A stretch of 17,060 bases of DNA, from the NCBI GenBank assembly GCA_024626585.2, contig JANKJI020000002.1:200797258-200814317 (forward strand), in the 5' to 3' direction. The DNA is from Ginkgo biloba. Lineage: Eukaryota > Plantae > Ginkgophyta. The first letter of the stretch is position 1, and each line of letters opens with the position of its first letter. The position numbers and the translations under genes are program-made. Of this stretch, positions 1 through 10,430 are shown in pieces. The notes beneath the pieces were generated by a model. That model was not told where the DNA came from. It was given only the letters and a program-made list of their open reading frames with translations, and did not search any database.

Positions 1-259
1 TCTGCAACTTTTTCTAGTGCAATTTTAGGCTTTCAAGTGATCTTAAAACCGTGCACACTTTCCAACTCGACAATGTTTGTTGACAGTCCTCGGGCAGACT
101 AAAGGTTGTTTGTAGCTTGGAATGTTTCGTTTCTTCCTACTAAGCTTTTTAAAAGAGAATGTAGCTTGATATGAATTCGAGGCATGATGTACCATTTTAC
201 TTACTATGTCTTTTAGGTTTGAGAGGATTGGGTTTTTGATTGAATGTAATGGTATGCAG

Positions 260-457
260 GATATGCTAGACATAGAAACTGCAGAACTTCAATCGAAAAT
301 GAGAGTTTTGGAGACTGGAGAATCTCAAACAGAAGATATAGCAATCAAGTTACCAAAAAAAGGTCACATGGTGCGAAGGGTTAAAGCTAGGCCACACTTC
401 AATGAACATGGTGCTGTAGTCGGCGTTTCCCTGGCTTCTGTGAATATCACTGAGCAG
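260..457 (+). CDS. Internal exon A of an AHK5/CKI2-like sensor histidine kinase; C-terminal half of a PAS/PAC-like domain (DMLDIETAELQSKMRVLETG...RPHFNEHGAVVGVSLASVNITEQ)
   Basis: Acceptor tgcag|GAT at 259/260 and donor CAG|gtaaat at 457/458; 198 nt, phase 0/0, no stop. The translation has the PAC pattern 'P..n..G.vvG......(D/N)IT'. It parallels, from memory, the AHK5 segment 'KREVLEKG...VEPVYNKAGEKIGINYMGMEVTDQ'. The 5' boundary is less certain because another acceptor lies at 216. Confidence 0.8.
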
Positions 458-848
458 GTAAATGTCAATATCTGCGGTATGGTGCAAATACTAAAACCTC
501 TTAAAAATGGAAGAATTTTTTGAAAGATTTTCATCTGAAAATATATTCTTCTTCAAATTATTCTGATTAGAAGCATTTCCCCCAAACTGTTTGCATAATA
601 TACATATATTATCAAAGTATCATATTAAAAGCCATGGGGGCAGTGAAATGACCAGAACAGTAGACTTTGGTAAAAAAAATTATGGCCTGTGTGCATAGAT
701 GTTTCAAAGGAAAAATTCCAATTTGTCGTTTGCTTAAAGATGTACTGGCAAGTTGGATGCTCTAATGAATTGTTGTTTTATGGTCTTGGATTGGTTGGAG
801 ACTTACTATGTCAATAATAGGGAAAATTATTTAATGCATTGCATGCAG

Positions 849-942
849 GTAGAATTAAAAGAATGCTTGTGCAGATTAGAGGCAGAGATGTCTGCACGCA
901 GAGCCACTGAAGATAAACTCCGCCAAGCAATGAAGCTTACAG
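849..942 (+). CDS. Internal exon B of the histidine kinase; coiled-coil signalling helix (VELKECLCRLEAEMSARRATEDKLRQAMKLT)
   Basis: Acceptor tgcag|GTA at 848/849 and donor ACAG|gttggt at 942/943; 94 nt, phase 0/1, compatible with both neighbouring exons. Similar by recall to AHK5 'VVKREKMAKLREDNAVRKAMESELNKTIHIT'. Confidence 0.85.
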
Positions 943-1100
943 GTTGGTGTATTTATCCTATTGAATGTCGTATCTCCTAGTTAGAAGGTGATGCAATGTT
1001 TTATTCTGCTGAAATGTTACTTGCTTTCTGGTTTTTAAGTTCCTGGCAGCACAATGGTTAAGTTTTGGCTGAATATTTGACCTGGGTGTTTAATGGAGGG

Positions 1101-1418
1101 GTTAGTCAATCATCTTCTCCTGCTTTTTATGATTTGGTTGGTTCTCTGCGGAACTGTTTCATGCACAAGCATCTGCACTCTTTGTTCTATGATTTATCAG
1201 ATAGGAGAGATTAGCTATGAATGAAAACAAATTTGGACAGAGATGGGTTTCTTGTTTGCCTCTAACATTCAACAATTTTCGCATGTGAGGCTATTCTGCA
1301 TGCAATACTCCATTTTTCCAACTGGTGTCGCTTTGCTGCATTATAGTTATTCAGTATGAGTGCATGAACTTGAAAACAGTAGAGCTTTAATCTGCTTTTA
1401 ATTGTTCTGAAATGTGCA
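1101..1418 (+). repeat. Copy 1 of a diverged intronic direct repeat (~330-bp unit)
   Basis: Shares ordered blocks with 2519-2790: ttgttctatgatttatcaga, agattagctat, tttggacagagatgggtttc, ggctattctgcatgca, gcattatagtta, atgagtgcatgaac, tgaaaacag, ttgttctgaa. Confidence 0.9.
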
Positions 1419-1462
1419 TGATCCATTGATTAGATAATCATCTCCTCCTAACATGCATTATT

Positions 1463-2400
1463 TTCAAAGCATTTCAATTTGTGAGGTCTTGGAAAAAGCA
1501 ATGTGCTCAACTAAAGAGTTTATGTTTACCTTGTGATTTGGTCTGTGTGTGTGGTAGCTTCATCTCTCTTTTAGTCAATGCACAACAAATGGCCACACTA
1601 ATCTAGAATGAAGGTTTCAAACATTATCAATTGTCTATGATGATCTATTGTCAATAATTTTTTTTCCTGTACCCAGATATGGATTATCATTAAGGAATGA
1701 GAGCCTATGAAGTTCTTAATAAAATGCACCTATAGAGCTTTAATGACAACTAGATTTTGCAGGAGGATACTTGAGAGCCATACAGTAAGTGTCATGGTCC
1801 ATGCGGGGAATGGTATTGGCACAATAACATGTACTCACTTTAGTTTTGGGTTTACAAATTAAATTTAATTCCATACAATCCAACTGTCCTTTATAACACA
1901 TTGCAACCCTTTGAGTGAATCTCCCACCATAATGATTGTTCTAGAGAGCCATGTTGCATAATAAGATCTGCAACTATAACTTGTCCAGATGTAGGTGGAA
2001 AATGTAACCTCTCATGCGCATTCATGTAGATTAGGACAAAAATATATTTAATTCATTTAGGGCACATAAAGGTGTTCTATATCACAATTCTCCAGTGCCA
2101 TATTCTAGTTCACATTTTTTGTTGTAGCCTTTATAGGAATGATAGATACTTAAGGAGCCTTAAGTTCTGAAGCATGAAGGTTCATCAATATACTTGAGAA
2201 ATAATTAACAATTTTGCATTAGCTTGGTAACATCTTGCATGCCATTGTTTGAGAAGGCCTTAAGATTTTTTCCCTTTGAGTATTCTTTATCAGATTTTTT
2301 TTGTGTTTAATTTGGACTTTGTATTTGAAACATAGATTGTAATGTTGTGTTGCTCCACCATGAATAATCTTTAATAAATCCATGGAATTTTCTTCTAATG
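1463..2400 (-). mobile_element. Insertion in intron 2; possibly a very degraded Ty3/gypsy integrase-region fragment
   Basis: It interrupts repeat copy 2. Minus-strand frames give faint, correctly ordered integrase-like words: HLYVP, KGCNVL*RT (cf. CDxCQR), PIPFPAW (cf. PFEKW), YPPAKSS, ILD*CGHL (cf. SDQGTHF). Heavily frameshifted, so the family call is weak. Confidence 0.3.
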
Positions 2401-2500
2401 NNNNNNNNNNNNNNNNNNNNNNNNNNNNNNNNNNNNNNNNNNNNNNNNNNNNNNNNNNNNNNNNNNNNNNNNNNNNNNNNNNNNNNNNNNNNNNNNNNNN

Positions 2501-2790
2501 ACATGCATTATTATCTAATTCTTTGCAAAACTGTAAACTGTACAGGTGTCTGTACTCTTTTGTTCTATGATTTATCAGAAGAGATAGATTAGCTATTGAA
2601 AAGAAAAACCATTTTGGACAGAGATGGGTTTCATTCTTGTTTCCCTCTAACATGCACACAAGGCTATTCTGCATGCATGACTCCATTTATTCAATTGACA
2701 TGCTTTGTTGCATTATAGTTACTCAAAATGAGTGCATGAACGTGAAAACAGAAATGTCTCAGTCTCGTTTTAGTTGTTCTGAAGCTGCAG
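2501..2790 (+). repeat. Copy 2 (3' part) of the diverged intronic direct repeat
   Basis: Colinear with 1142-1418, with substitutions and small indels. Its apparent 5' part is at ~1429-1462 (ttagataatcatctcctcct vs ttagtcaatcatcttctcct at 1102). Confidence 0.9.
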
Positions 2791-2906
2791 CATATATTCA
2801 TTCAGCTGCAGCAGCCTGCTTTTGTATTGTTGTTGAAGTACCTGATTTTTTGGTTTTATTTACATTCCAGAATAAGATAATCTTTGTCATTTTGGTTTAT
2901 TTTCAG

Positions 2907-3116
2907 AGGAAGCCATTCAGGCCAAGAATGTGTTCCTTGCTATTATGTCCCATGAAATCCGGACTCCATTGAATGGTCTTCTGGGACTTGCTGAAGCTTT
3001 GGAGACATCAGAACTGAATGCAGAGCAGAAGGAGCTTGTTAGTACAATACATTCATCTGGTGTAATCATTGCTGATATTTTGGGTGATATCCTTGACCTT
3101 GCAAGCATGGAGTTCG
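2907..3116 (+). CDS. Internal exon C of the histidine kinase; HisKA dimerisation/phosphoacceptor domain (EEAIQAKNVFLAIMSHEIRTPLNGLLGLAEALETSELNAEQKELVSTIHSSGVIIADILGDILDLASMEF)
   Basis: T-rich acceptor ttttcag|AG at 2906/2907 and donor TTCG|gtgagc at 3116/3117; 210 nt, phase 1/1. Canonical hybrid-kinase H-box SHEIRTPLNG with His at 2951-2953, and a DILDL motif at the end of helix 2. Confidence 0.93.
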
Positions 3117-4379
3117 GTGAGCTTGGATTGCTTGCCTTTTTAGTAAAATGTCAATACTCATTGATGGGACACTTTGTAATTACTACTTGCAAATTAGATA
3201 GGCAAATTACTACTTGCNNNNNNNNNNNNNNTTTCCCCATAACTCTGTATTCCAATCCTTGAGGATTTGTGAAGATTTAATAGGAGACACATGTGTGAAG
3301 AGACAACCATATGTCATTCAAAATAAAATATTCTTTGCCCAGTCATGAAAATAGCAGTGGATTGGAAAATGGCATGCAATGGCAAATCAACTACCGTAGG
3401 AAGGTAGCCACTTTTGTCCTCTGTAGACAGGGAAACCTAGACTGCCAAAGGCAGCCAACTTTCTTGTTTAAGACCAGTTCAGTGAAATTCAGAGATGCCT
3501 TCATCTGACAGGTTGTGCATATTTGTGGCCATTGTTTGGAACCTTCTATAAATCTTTGTTTTTCACCATTACAAATCAATTTGCCTAGCAGTATATCTTA
3601 GACCAACAGACGAGTGATCTTGGAATACAAGTTTGTGCTTTTATTTGAGTGGACCCAATATGAAATTAACAAACTTTTAGATTTTTTAAATTCCAAAAGT
3701 TAAAGTGNNNNNNNNAGTTTTTAGGATTATTAGTTACTATTTTAGTTTTTCTATAGTCTAAAATCATGGAACTATTAAATATATGTCAATGTCAAAATTT
3801 ATGATAATGTTTTTAGATCTTCGTAGTCCCTATTGAAGGAAGGGAACTATATGATTCATATTTTAATTAAGTGCTATCTCTCTTAGCTAATCATTATGGT
3901 TTTTTATTTTGTAGATTTTAGGATTTCTAAATTAGTTTAATAGTTTCATTAAACATTTATGTACATTTTAGAAGAATATAATATCACTTATATTCAAAAT
4001 GGTTTATTCATAGATAATGAAATGGAAACTTATACCTTCTTATTATCTATTTTAAGAAAAACAAAATATTTGGCATGTCAATTTAATTAATATTTTATTA
4101 TCCATATTTGATTAGTGGTATGTAATATTTATTATTGACCACTATGTATTAATCATAATCTTATTGAAAACATATGTCACCACTTATATTTATTGTAAAA
4201 TTATGTGTATGTTCAAATTGAACAATTTGAAAACCATACATTCACTTTAGATATGATGCACATTTGAATATAATAATATATTAGCATAAGGGTGGAGATA
4301 ATGCCATTATATTATCAAATGTTAGTTGTAAAGAACTTTCAAACTTTAATATAACTAAATTTTATGTTCAATACTTAAA

Positions 4380-5375
4380 TAGTATGGTCATTAGTATATT
4401 GTAATCATTGCATTCAAATAGACATTTATTTTTAGATAAAAGGCTCAATAATAAGGGGAACAATGTCAAATCATTCCATTTGGTCTAATCATGTGAACAC
4501 TCATTAGTAATTAAAAATTTTAAAATTTAATATGAGGATATAATATGATTAAAAAAAATAGAAAAACCTTAGTTAGTAAGAAAAATTAAAGACATATATA
4601 CCCAAATTCCTTTGCACCATCTCTTTAAGTTGTTGTAAAAAGAATTTTCTATCAAGAATTAGAAGAAAATACTCTTATAGCTAAAAGGCTAATAAAGGAT
4701 GCATATACATCTTGGTACTAAGAAAAAAGGCATAAAATAATTCCTTTATAGATTATAACAAAAAATAATATATAACTAATCCCATTAGAGAAAATTCAAA
4801 AACTAAATTAGATAAACACCATCACAAATATAACAAATTATTCCTCAAGGAGTTAGGACCTCAAATGTAAGTACATAAAGAGGAGGCATAATTCTATTAG
4901 GTTTAGTTTCTCTAGCCATTACATCAACCATAAAATTTATGAATGTCCTTTTTTTTATGAAATGTGTCCAAATTAAGAGAAGGGACATTTTCCCAACCAT
5001 CATACTTTCCTTTAGGGATATAGTTAAGGAGGAAAACGAGAATGAGAATGTAATGTCCCCCCTAATGACCTCCACTCTTTCTTATATTATCACCATAGAA
5101 GCCTCTCTCTCAACCTCTGATTCCCCCATATCATATCCATCTATGTTTAGTTATATTAGGTCTTATAGTCAACATAAAAGGCATCCAACCTTGAGCTTCT
5201 AGCCCTTCAACAATTCTTGCATTCAACCTTAGCATTCACTATAGTCATAGAATAACATATTTTAACTTTAGGGCTGATTTTGGACTCATATAGCAAACAC
5301 ATCATGTAAGACCTAAATATGACCTTAAAGCAATGTGAAAATGTTACCAATTGGGTTTCTAAGCCTGAATTCCAT
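4380..5375 (-). mobile_element. Possible degraded L1-like LINE ORF2 N-terminus (endonuclease region)
   Basis: Minus-strand motifs occur in the expected order with roughly expected spacing: frameshifted WN..GL.NP-like (5353-5374), VIRGDITF (5046-5069; cf. ILGGDFN/LNF) and NLKRWCKGIW (4600-4631; cf. LKKWNKEVFG). No RT motifs identified; boundaries are approximate. Confidence 0.3.
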
Positions 5376-5399
5376 CTCCCTTGCAATTATGGTGTCTTT

Positions 5400-7595
5400 T
5401 CTAGCAGAGCAAACCCCTACCTATGGTTTTTGGTTATGTTGCTACAACTCTGTTGCAATTTGCTTCATTGCACATTGGTTTGAGCGGGCCAAATCTGATT
5501 TTGCTTCAGAATTGTTTCTTCCTACTTGTAGGTCGAATTTCTTGCAATTGCTCCAACAAGCTAGCGAGTTAGAATTTTGGCTTTCTAGCTTCCATTTGGG
5601 CTCCAATACCCAAAGTATTATACCTTTCTAGATTCCTGTCTTCAAGGCCCATCTAATGAGCCTTTGTCAAAGTTGAAAATATGTTTTTTTGACCCAAGTT
5701 GACGGGTTTCCAAGATTCCAATTTTGCTCCAATACTGTAAAAATTAGGGCTTTCCTACAAGTTGCCTTCTTTCTGCTCCATTGATTTCCCTTTCAGGTCC
5801 TATTACGCAAATGTTGACCTTCTAGGGCTTCCTTTTACTATGGAAAATACCAAGACTTCTCTTTCTTTTAAGTTGTAGCTTGTACATATTCCTACTAGTT
5901 GCATTTATGTGGAGAGGGAAGGGAAGGGTGCAATTACAAGTCATTTTCTTAGAATGATGATCAAACAATGGCCTCCGACCCTTATTTATACTTCTCCAAG
6001 TCTTGGTAGGCTCTTGGGGTTGATTTTGAAGCCAACATGGAAAACTATGTAATCCATAATTGGTAGGGCACGTGAGAAAGTTATTCTAGCCCATAACTCT
6101 TAAATCTTAAGTTGTTTTGTGGACTTGCAAGACTTCTAACAATTGAACAAGTTGTTGTGAGCTTTTGCTACCTCTGTTGATCCTTTGTGGTACACTGTGC
6201 CTACTTATGCCTCCATAGAGGCTTATAGACACTTGTTTTGAAGCTTTTTAGGAGGGCCATGCTTCTAGATGCTTTTCTCCATTAGAATATAATGTTTCTG
6301 GACCTTAAAGCCACTATAAGCTTTGTTGTCCTTCCATGAGAAATTGCTTTGACTTAGTGATAGAGAGAGATTGTCTTAGGTCATTCTATGATATGTTTGT
6401 GTTGTAACATTCTTAGTCCTACAATTCTTGTTTCCATGCTTATGAATTGAGATACTTTGGAAGTTGGTTGTCATGAAGTCTTTTAAATTGGATCTTTAAA
6501 GAGCCTTTGTGTGTAATATTTTACACAATCCATTTTAATATGTTACAAGTTTCTTGTTTATAACATAGTTTTTGGAAATTGGAATATTTTTAAAATCCCA
6601 TAGTTAGAATGTTTAAGAAACTTTCCCAAAAAGAAAAGAAAAGAAAGGAGCATTGTGCCAAAATCTCTATCTAACATGACAATTTTAAATAGCCTCCAAT
6701 ATAATGCAAATGCCTTGTAATAATTATAGAATGTTGCAATTGTCAGTTATGTCTTATACACAAAAGTTGCATCTTGATCTCTTCTAATCTCATGGCCACC
6801 CCTCAATTGGAACTTTTGAGTGGATAGATCTCTCTATCAATTGGCAAATTGCATTTTCTTCTAGGCTTTAGCGTTATTGCCCAAACTTATTTATCATTAT
6901 CCTAAAGCATTTTCTCTACTTTCTTTCCATCAACCAATTAAAATTCATTTGAAGGCATTAGAGCATTTTGTGGGCTTAAGAGGTAAGAATTTAAATCGGA
7001 GGAAAGCATCTAGAAGCACAACCTTTCTCAATAGCTTTGAAACTAGTGGTCATAAGCCTATATGGAGGCAAGATAGGATCCTAGTAAGTAAGATAATAAG
7101 GAGGATGTATAACTTCTTGTTAATCCATTGAAACATTGGTGGGTCTAATAAGGCGACATAAAGATTGACCCTTAAGAGCCAACAAGGGTGAAAATCCATT
7201 TGATGGTTTGGCAGGATGATTTCGAGGTTGTGGAGGAGGGGCAACCAAAATAGGGAGACCCCACCCACAACTACCAATTGGGTCCACCCATGTATCTAGG
7301 CTGCAGAGTTGCCACACTTCTCAACTTGCTAAGGAGCTAGCACAACTTTCAAGGCACCCTATGACTTAAGGGCCTATAGAGGGACGAATGTTGGCTTAGA
7401 GAAGTGGCCTAAAGGGTCTACACAACAACCAAAAGAAGTATAAATAGGGTAGAGATTCTTATTTTGGCCAACACACTAAGAAAAGCGACTTTTATTGCTG
7501 CCTATTACTCTCCCTTAATAAATGCATCTAGGTGGTATGATGACATGAACGACATGAAGAGTATAATTTGACTTTGCATTAGCAATCTAGAATCC
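5400..7595. mobile_element. Non-coding repeat-like DNA, probably LTR/UTR remnants of retrotransposons
   Basis: Composition shifts away from the AT-rich flank and there is no credible ORF. LTR-type TATA words occur on opposite strands (ttatttatac ~5982-5991 on -, gtataaatagg ~7438-7448 on +). No LTR pair or TSD could be established. Confidence 0.3.
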
Positions 7596-10430
7596 NNNNN
7601 NNNNNNNNNNNNNNNNNNNNNNNNNNNNNNNNNNNNNNNNNNNNNNNNNNNNNNNNNNNNNNNNNNNNNNNNNNNNNNNNNNNNNNNNNNNNNNNNNNNN
7701 NNNNNNNNNNNNNNNNNNNNNNNNNNNNNNNNNNNNNNNNNNNNNNNNNNNNNNNNNNNNNNNNNNNNNNNNNNNNNNNNNNNNNNNNNNNNNNNNNNNN
7801 NNNNNNNNNNNNNNNNNNNNNNNNNNNNNNNNNNNNNNNNNNNNNNNNNNNNNNNNNNNNNNNNNNNNNNNNNNNNNNNNNNNNNNNNNNNNNNNNNNNN
7901 NNNNNNNNNNNNNNNNNNNNNNNNNNNNNNNNNNNNNNNNNNNNNNNNNNNNNNNNNNNNNNNNNNNNNNNNNNNNNNNNNNNNNNNNNNNNNNNNNNNN
8001 NNNNNNNNNNNNNNNNNNNNNNNNNNNNNNNNNNNNNNNNNNNNNNNNNNNNNNNNNNNNNNNNNNNNNNNNNNNNNNNNNNNNNNNNNNNNNNNNNNNN
8101 NNNNNNNNNNNNNNNNNNNNNNNNNNNNNNNNNNNNNNNNNNNNNNNNNNNNNNNNNNNNNNNNNNNNNNNNNNNNNNNNNNNNNNNNNNNNNNNNNNNN
8201 NNNNNNNNNNNNNNNNNNNNNNNNNNNNNNNNNNNNNNNNNNNNNNNNNNNNNNNNNNNNNNNNNNNNNNNNNNNNNNNNNNNNNNNNNNNNNNNNNNNN
8301 NNNNNNNNNNNNNNNNNNNNNNNNNNNNNNNNNNNNNNNNNNNNNNNNNNNNNNNNNNNNNNNNNNNNNNNNNNNNNNNNNNNNNNNNNNNNNNNNNNNN
8401 NNNNNNNNNNNNNNNNNNNNNNNNNNNNNNNNNNNNNNNTTTGATGGATTTGAGTCAAACTTCCACAGGGACAAAAAACTTGTCTCTAAATACTACTTGT
8501 AGTGAACCTTTAGGGTTGCAGACTTGCAGTATATTCAACCATAAATTGATGTAACTTCTATGTTGGATACGAGATTACCATTGGTTGTATGCATAGATTG
8601 CTTGAGGGTTAGATGCTACTGGGCTAAATGCCTTTCTTGTTGATTACAAATGCATTTAGTCATAAATGAAGATAAACTATTGTGTTAGATACAAGATTAC
8701 TTGTAATGAACGTAGGTAGCAAGGTGTTAGTACTAATAAGGGTTGCACTATTGTATAAGTCACAAATTTAATGGTTAGCAATTAGGTTTTTTAACAAAAG
8801 GGTCAGATGGGTTAAGAGGTGCTTATTTAAGGCAACCTTTCACCAATTATTTCTCAAGCATTTGAGAACAACCAATCTAGAATTGTCTCAAGTGCTAGCA
8901 GAGCCAAGTTTACTCCTATTCCCTATAGATAAATAATATCTTGTGCCACTCTTACAACTTTATACAAAGAAGAAAATTGTATATCTTGTGCCATCATTAA
9001 TCTACATTGTAATATCCTACACTTGATTTCTCCATTTCACCTCTATCATCGTTTCAACCTAGGAAATCCACGCTAATTTAACCTTTTAAGAAGGGGAAAA
9101 TACAAACTTAGCACGCATGTGATGAAGCCAATGATAGTAATACTTAGAGAAGTGATTAAGAGAGAGAAAATGATATAAAGCTAAGTAAGCGTTATCATGA
9201 AAAGAGTGAAAGAATGTGAGCTTAATTGAGAAGCCAACACTTCTGTCTTAGAACTATTGATCAAATCAACAGAGGTAATTAGAAGAGAGAAAAGAAAGAA
9301 AAGAAGGGCCCTGTGGTGTAGCTATTGTAGGGTGCCTCTAATAGAGTGGTGAGATGTGTGTTCTGGCACTGTGGAAGAGCTTTTGGGATTAGAGCATCAC
9401 TAAGGACAAGTCCAACTCTTCTACGAGGAGGTTAAGCCTAGATTTTCCAACACATACAGAGGTTGCATTAGGTCGAAGCAACTCTCTTATCATCATCTAG
9501 AGCATCTGGGTATTACATCTTCATTCCTATCTTCAAATTTTTGTTTTTGGGTTAAATTTTGGCAACATAGTGGAGTCTGCACTCTGCATATTGTTCAACA
9601 ATTTTTTGCATCTAGAAAATGATGTTTCACTTAGGGGAATTTCTGCATCTGGGAGCCTAAACATAGTAATTTGAGTAATGCGTCTCAGTTTGAGGTGTTT
9701 ATTTGAATAGAGGACTTCATTTGAGGCTGTAGGTGGCTCCAAAGGGTGACGTGGTGCTCTTGGCAGGGCTATGTGATAATTTTGAGCCAATTTTAACCCA
9801 ATTTACGGTTTTGGAGTAGTGCCTTAGGTTAGAGTTGTGGAGCAAGACATTTTCATCCATAGAAGTATTTGACATGTGTAGCAAGAGCGGGTAAGCTTCT
9901 AGTTCTCTAAACATTCTAAAAACCCTAGCATTCTCTAGATTTCCAAAATTTATACAAATTATTATAAACTGCTTGACTTCTGTTTGTATAAATTAATATA
10001 AATAATATGAGCAATAATGTTGAAATATGTTTATATAAATTAATTAGTTTACATTGTTGGGGGATTGTTTTTCCCTATTATGGACTATGCATTTGTATTA
10101 TTTAGTCTCGTGCATGCATCTTNNNNNNNNNNNNNNNNNNNNNNNNNNNNNNNNNAAGATACTTGGGAGGGTTGAGTTGTTGCTCTTGTTTATGATCATG
10201 ATGACTAGCTCTATGAATTGTTGTTGTGGCCATAGGGTTTGCTAACCATGCTGTTGCATCAATTTGGTTATATGGTTATTGGTGTAGTCATAGGGGAGTG
10301 GTTTTATATGTTGTTGGTGCAACCATAGGGTTTGTTCATCGTACCTATATTTATTAGACTATAAATTAATGTAAANNNNNNNNNNNNNNNNNNNNNNNNN
10401 NNNNNNNNNNNNNNNNNNNNNNNNNNNNNN

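Noticed and set aside
206-259. ATG/ORF extension upstream of exon A and alternative acceptor ttttag|G at 216/217
   Set aside because: The T-rich sequence looks intronic, and tgcag|GAT at 260 fits the consensus and the recalled AHK5 alignment better. Not fully excluded without transcripts.
1905-1945. Minus-strand TIIMVGDSL, resembling a GDSL esterase or LINE GDFN motif
   Set aside because: Isolated word with no flanking family motifs; likely chance.
3177-3217. Short direct repeat aattactacttgc x2
   Set aside because: Only two copies next to an N gap; a trivial local duplication or assembly artefact, not CRISPR-like.
2930-3262. Stand-alone 110-aa bacterial-style HisKA ORF (contamination or horizontal transfer)
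   Set aside because: Similarity is bounded exactly by AG/GT splice sites and joins in phase to upstream exons, so it is a eukaryotic exon.
3311-3508. 65-aa + strand ORF as the next kinase exon
   Set aside because: No resemblance to the post-HisKA linker or the HATPase_c N-box.
6628-6648. (AAAAG)n purine tract, with a similar tract at ~9281-9308
   Set aside because: Short low-complexity runs; no LTR follows to support a polypurine-tract call.
7505-8474. Long ORFs of 317 and 295 aa in the ORF track
   Set aside because: Almost entirely N-gap (7596-8439), so they are artefacts. The same applies to most ORFs spanning gaps at 2401-2500, 13564-13663 and the + strand of 15782-16046.
9118-9452. Possible solo LTR (TG...CAACA)
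   Set aside because: No convincing 4-6 bp TSD and no second copy in the window.
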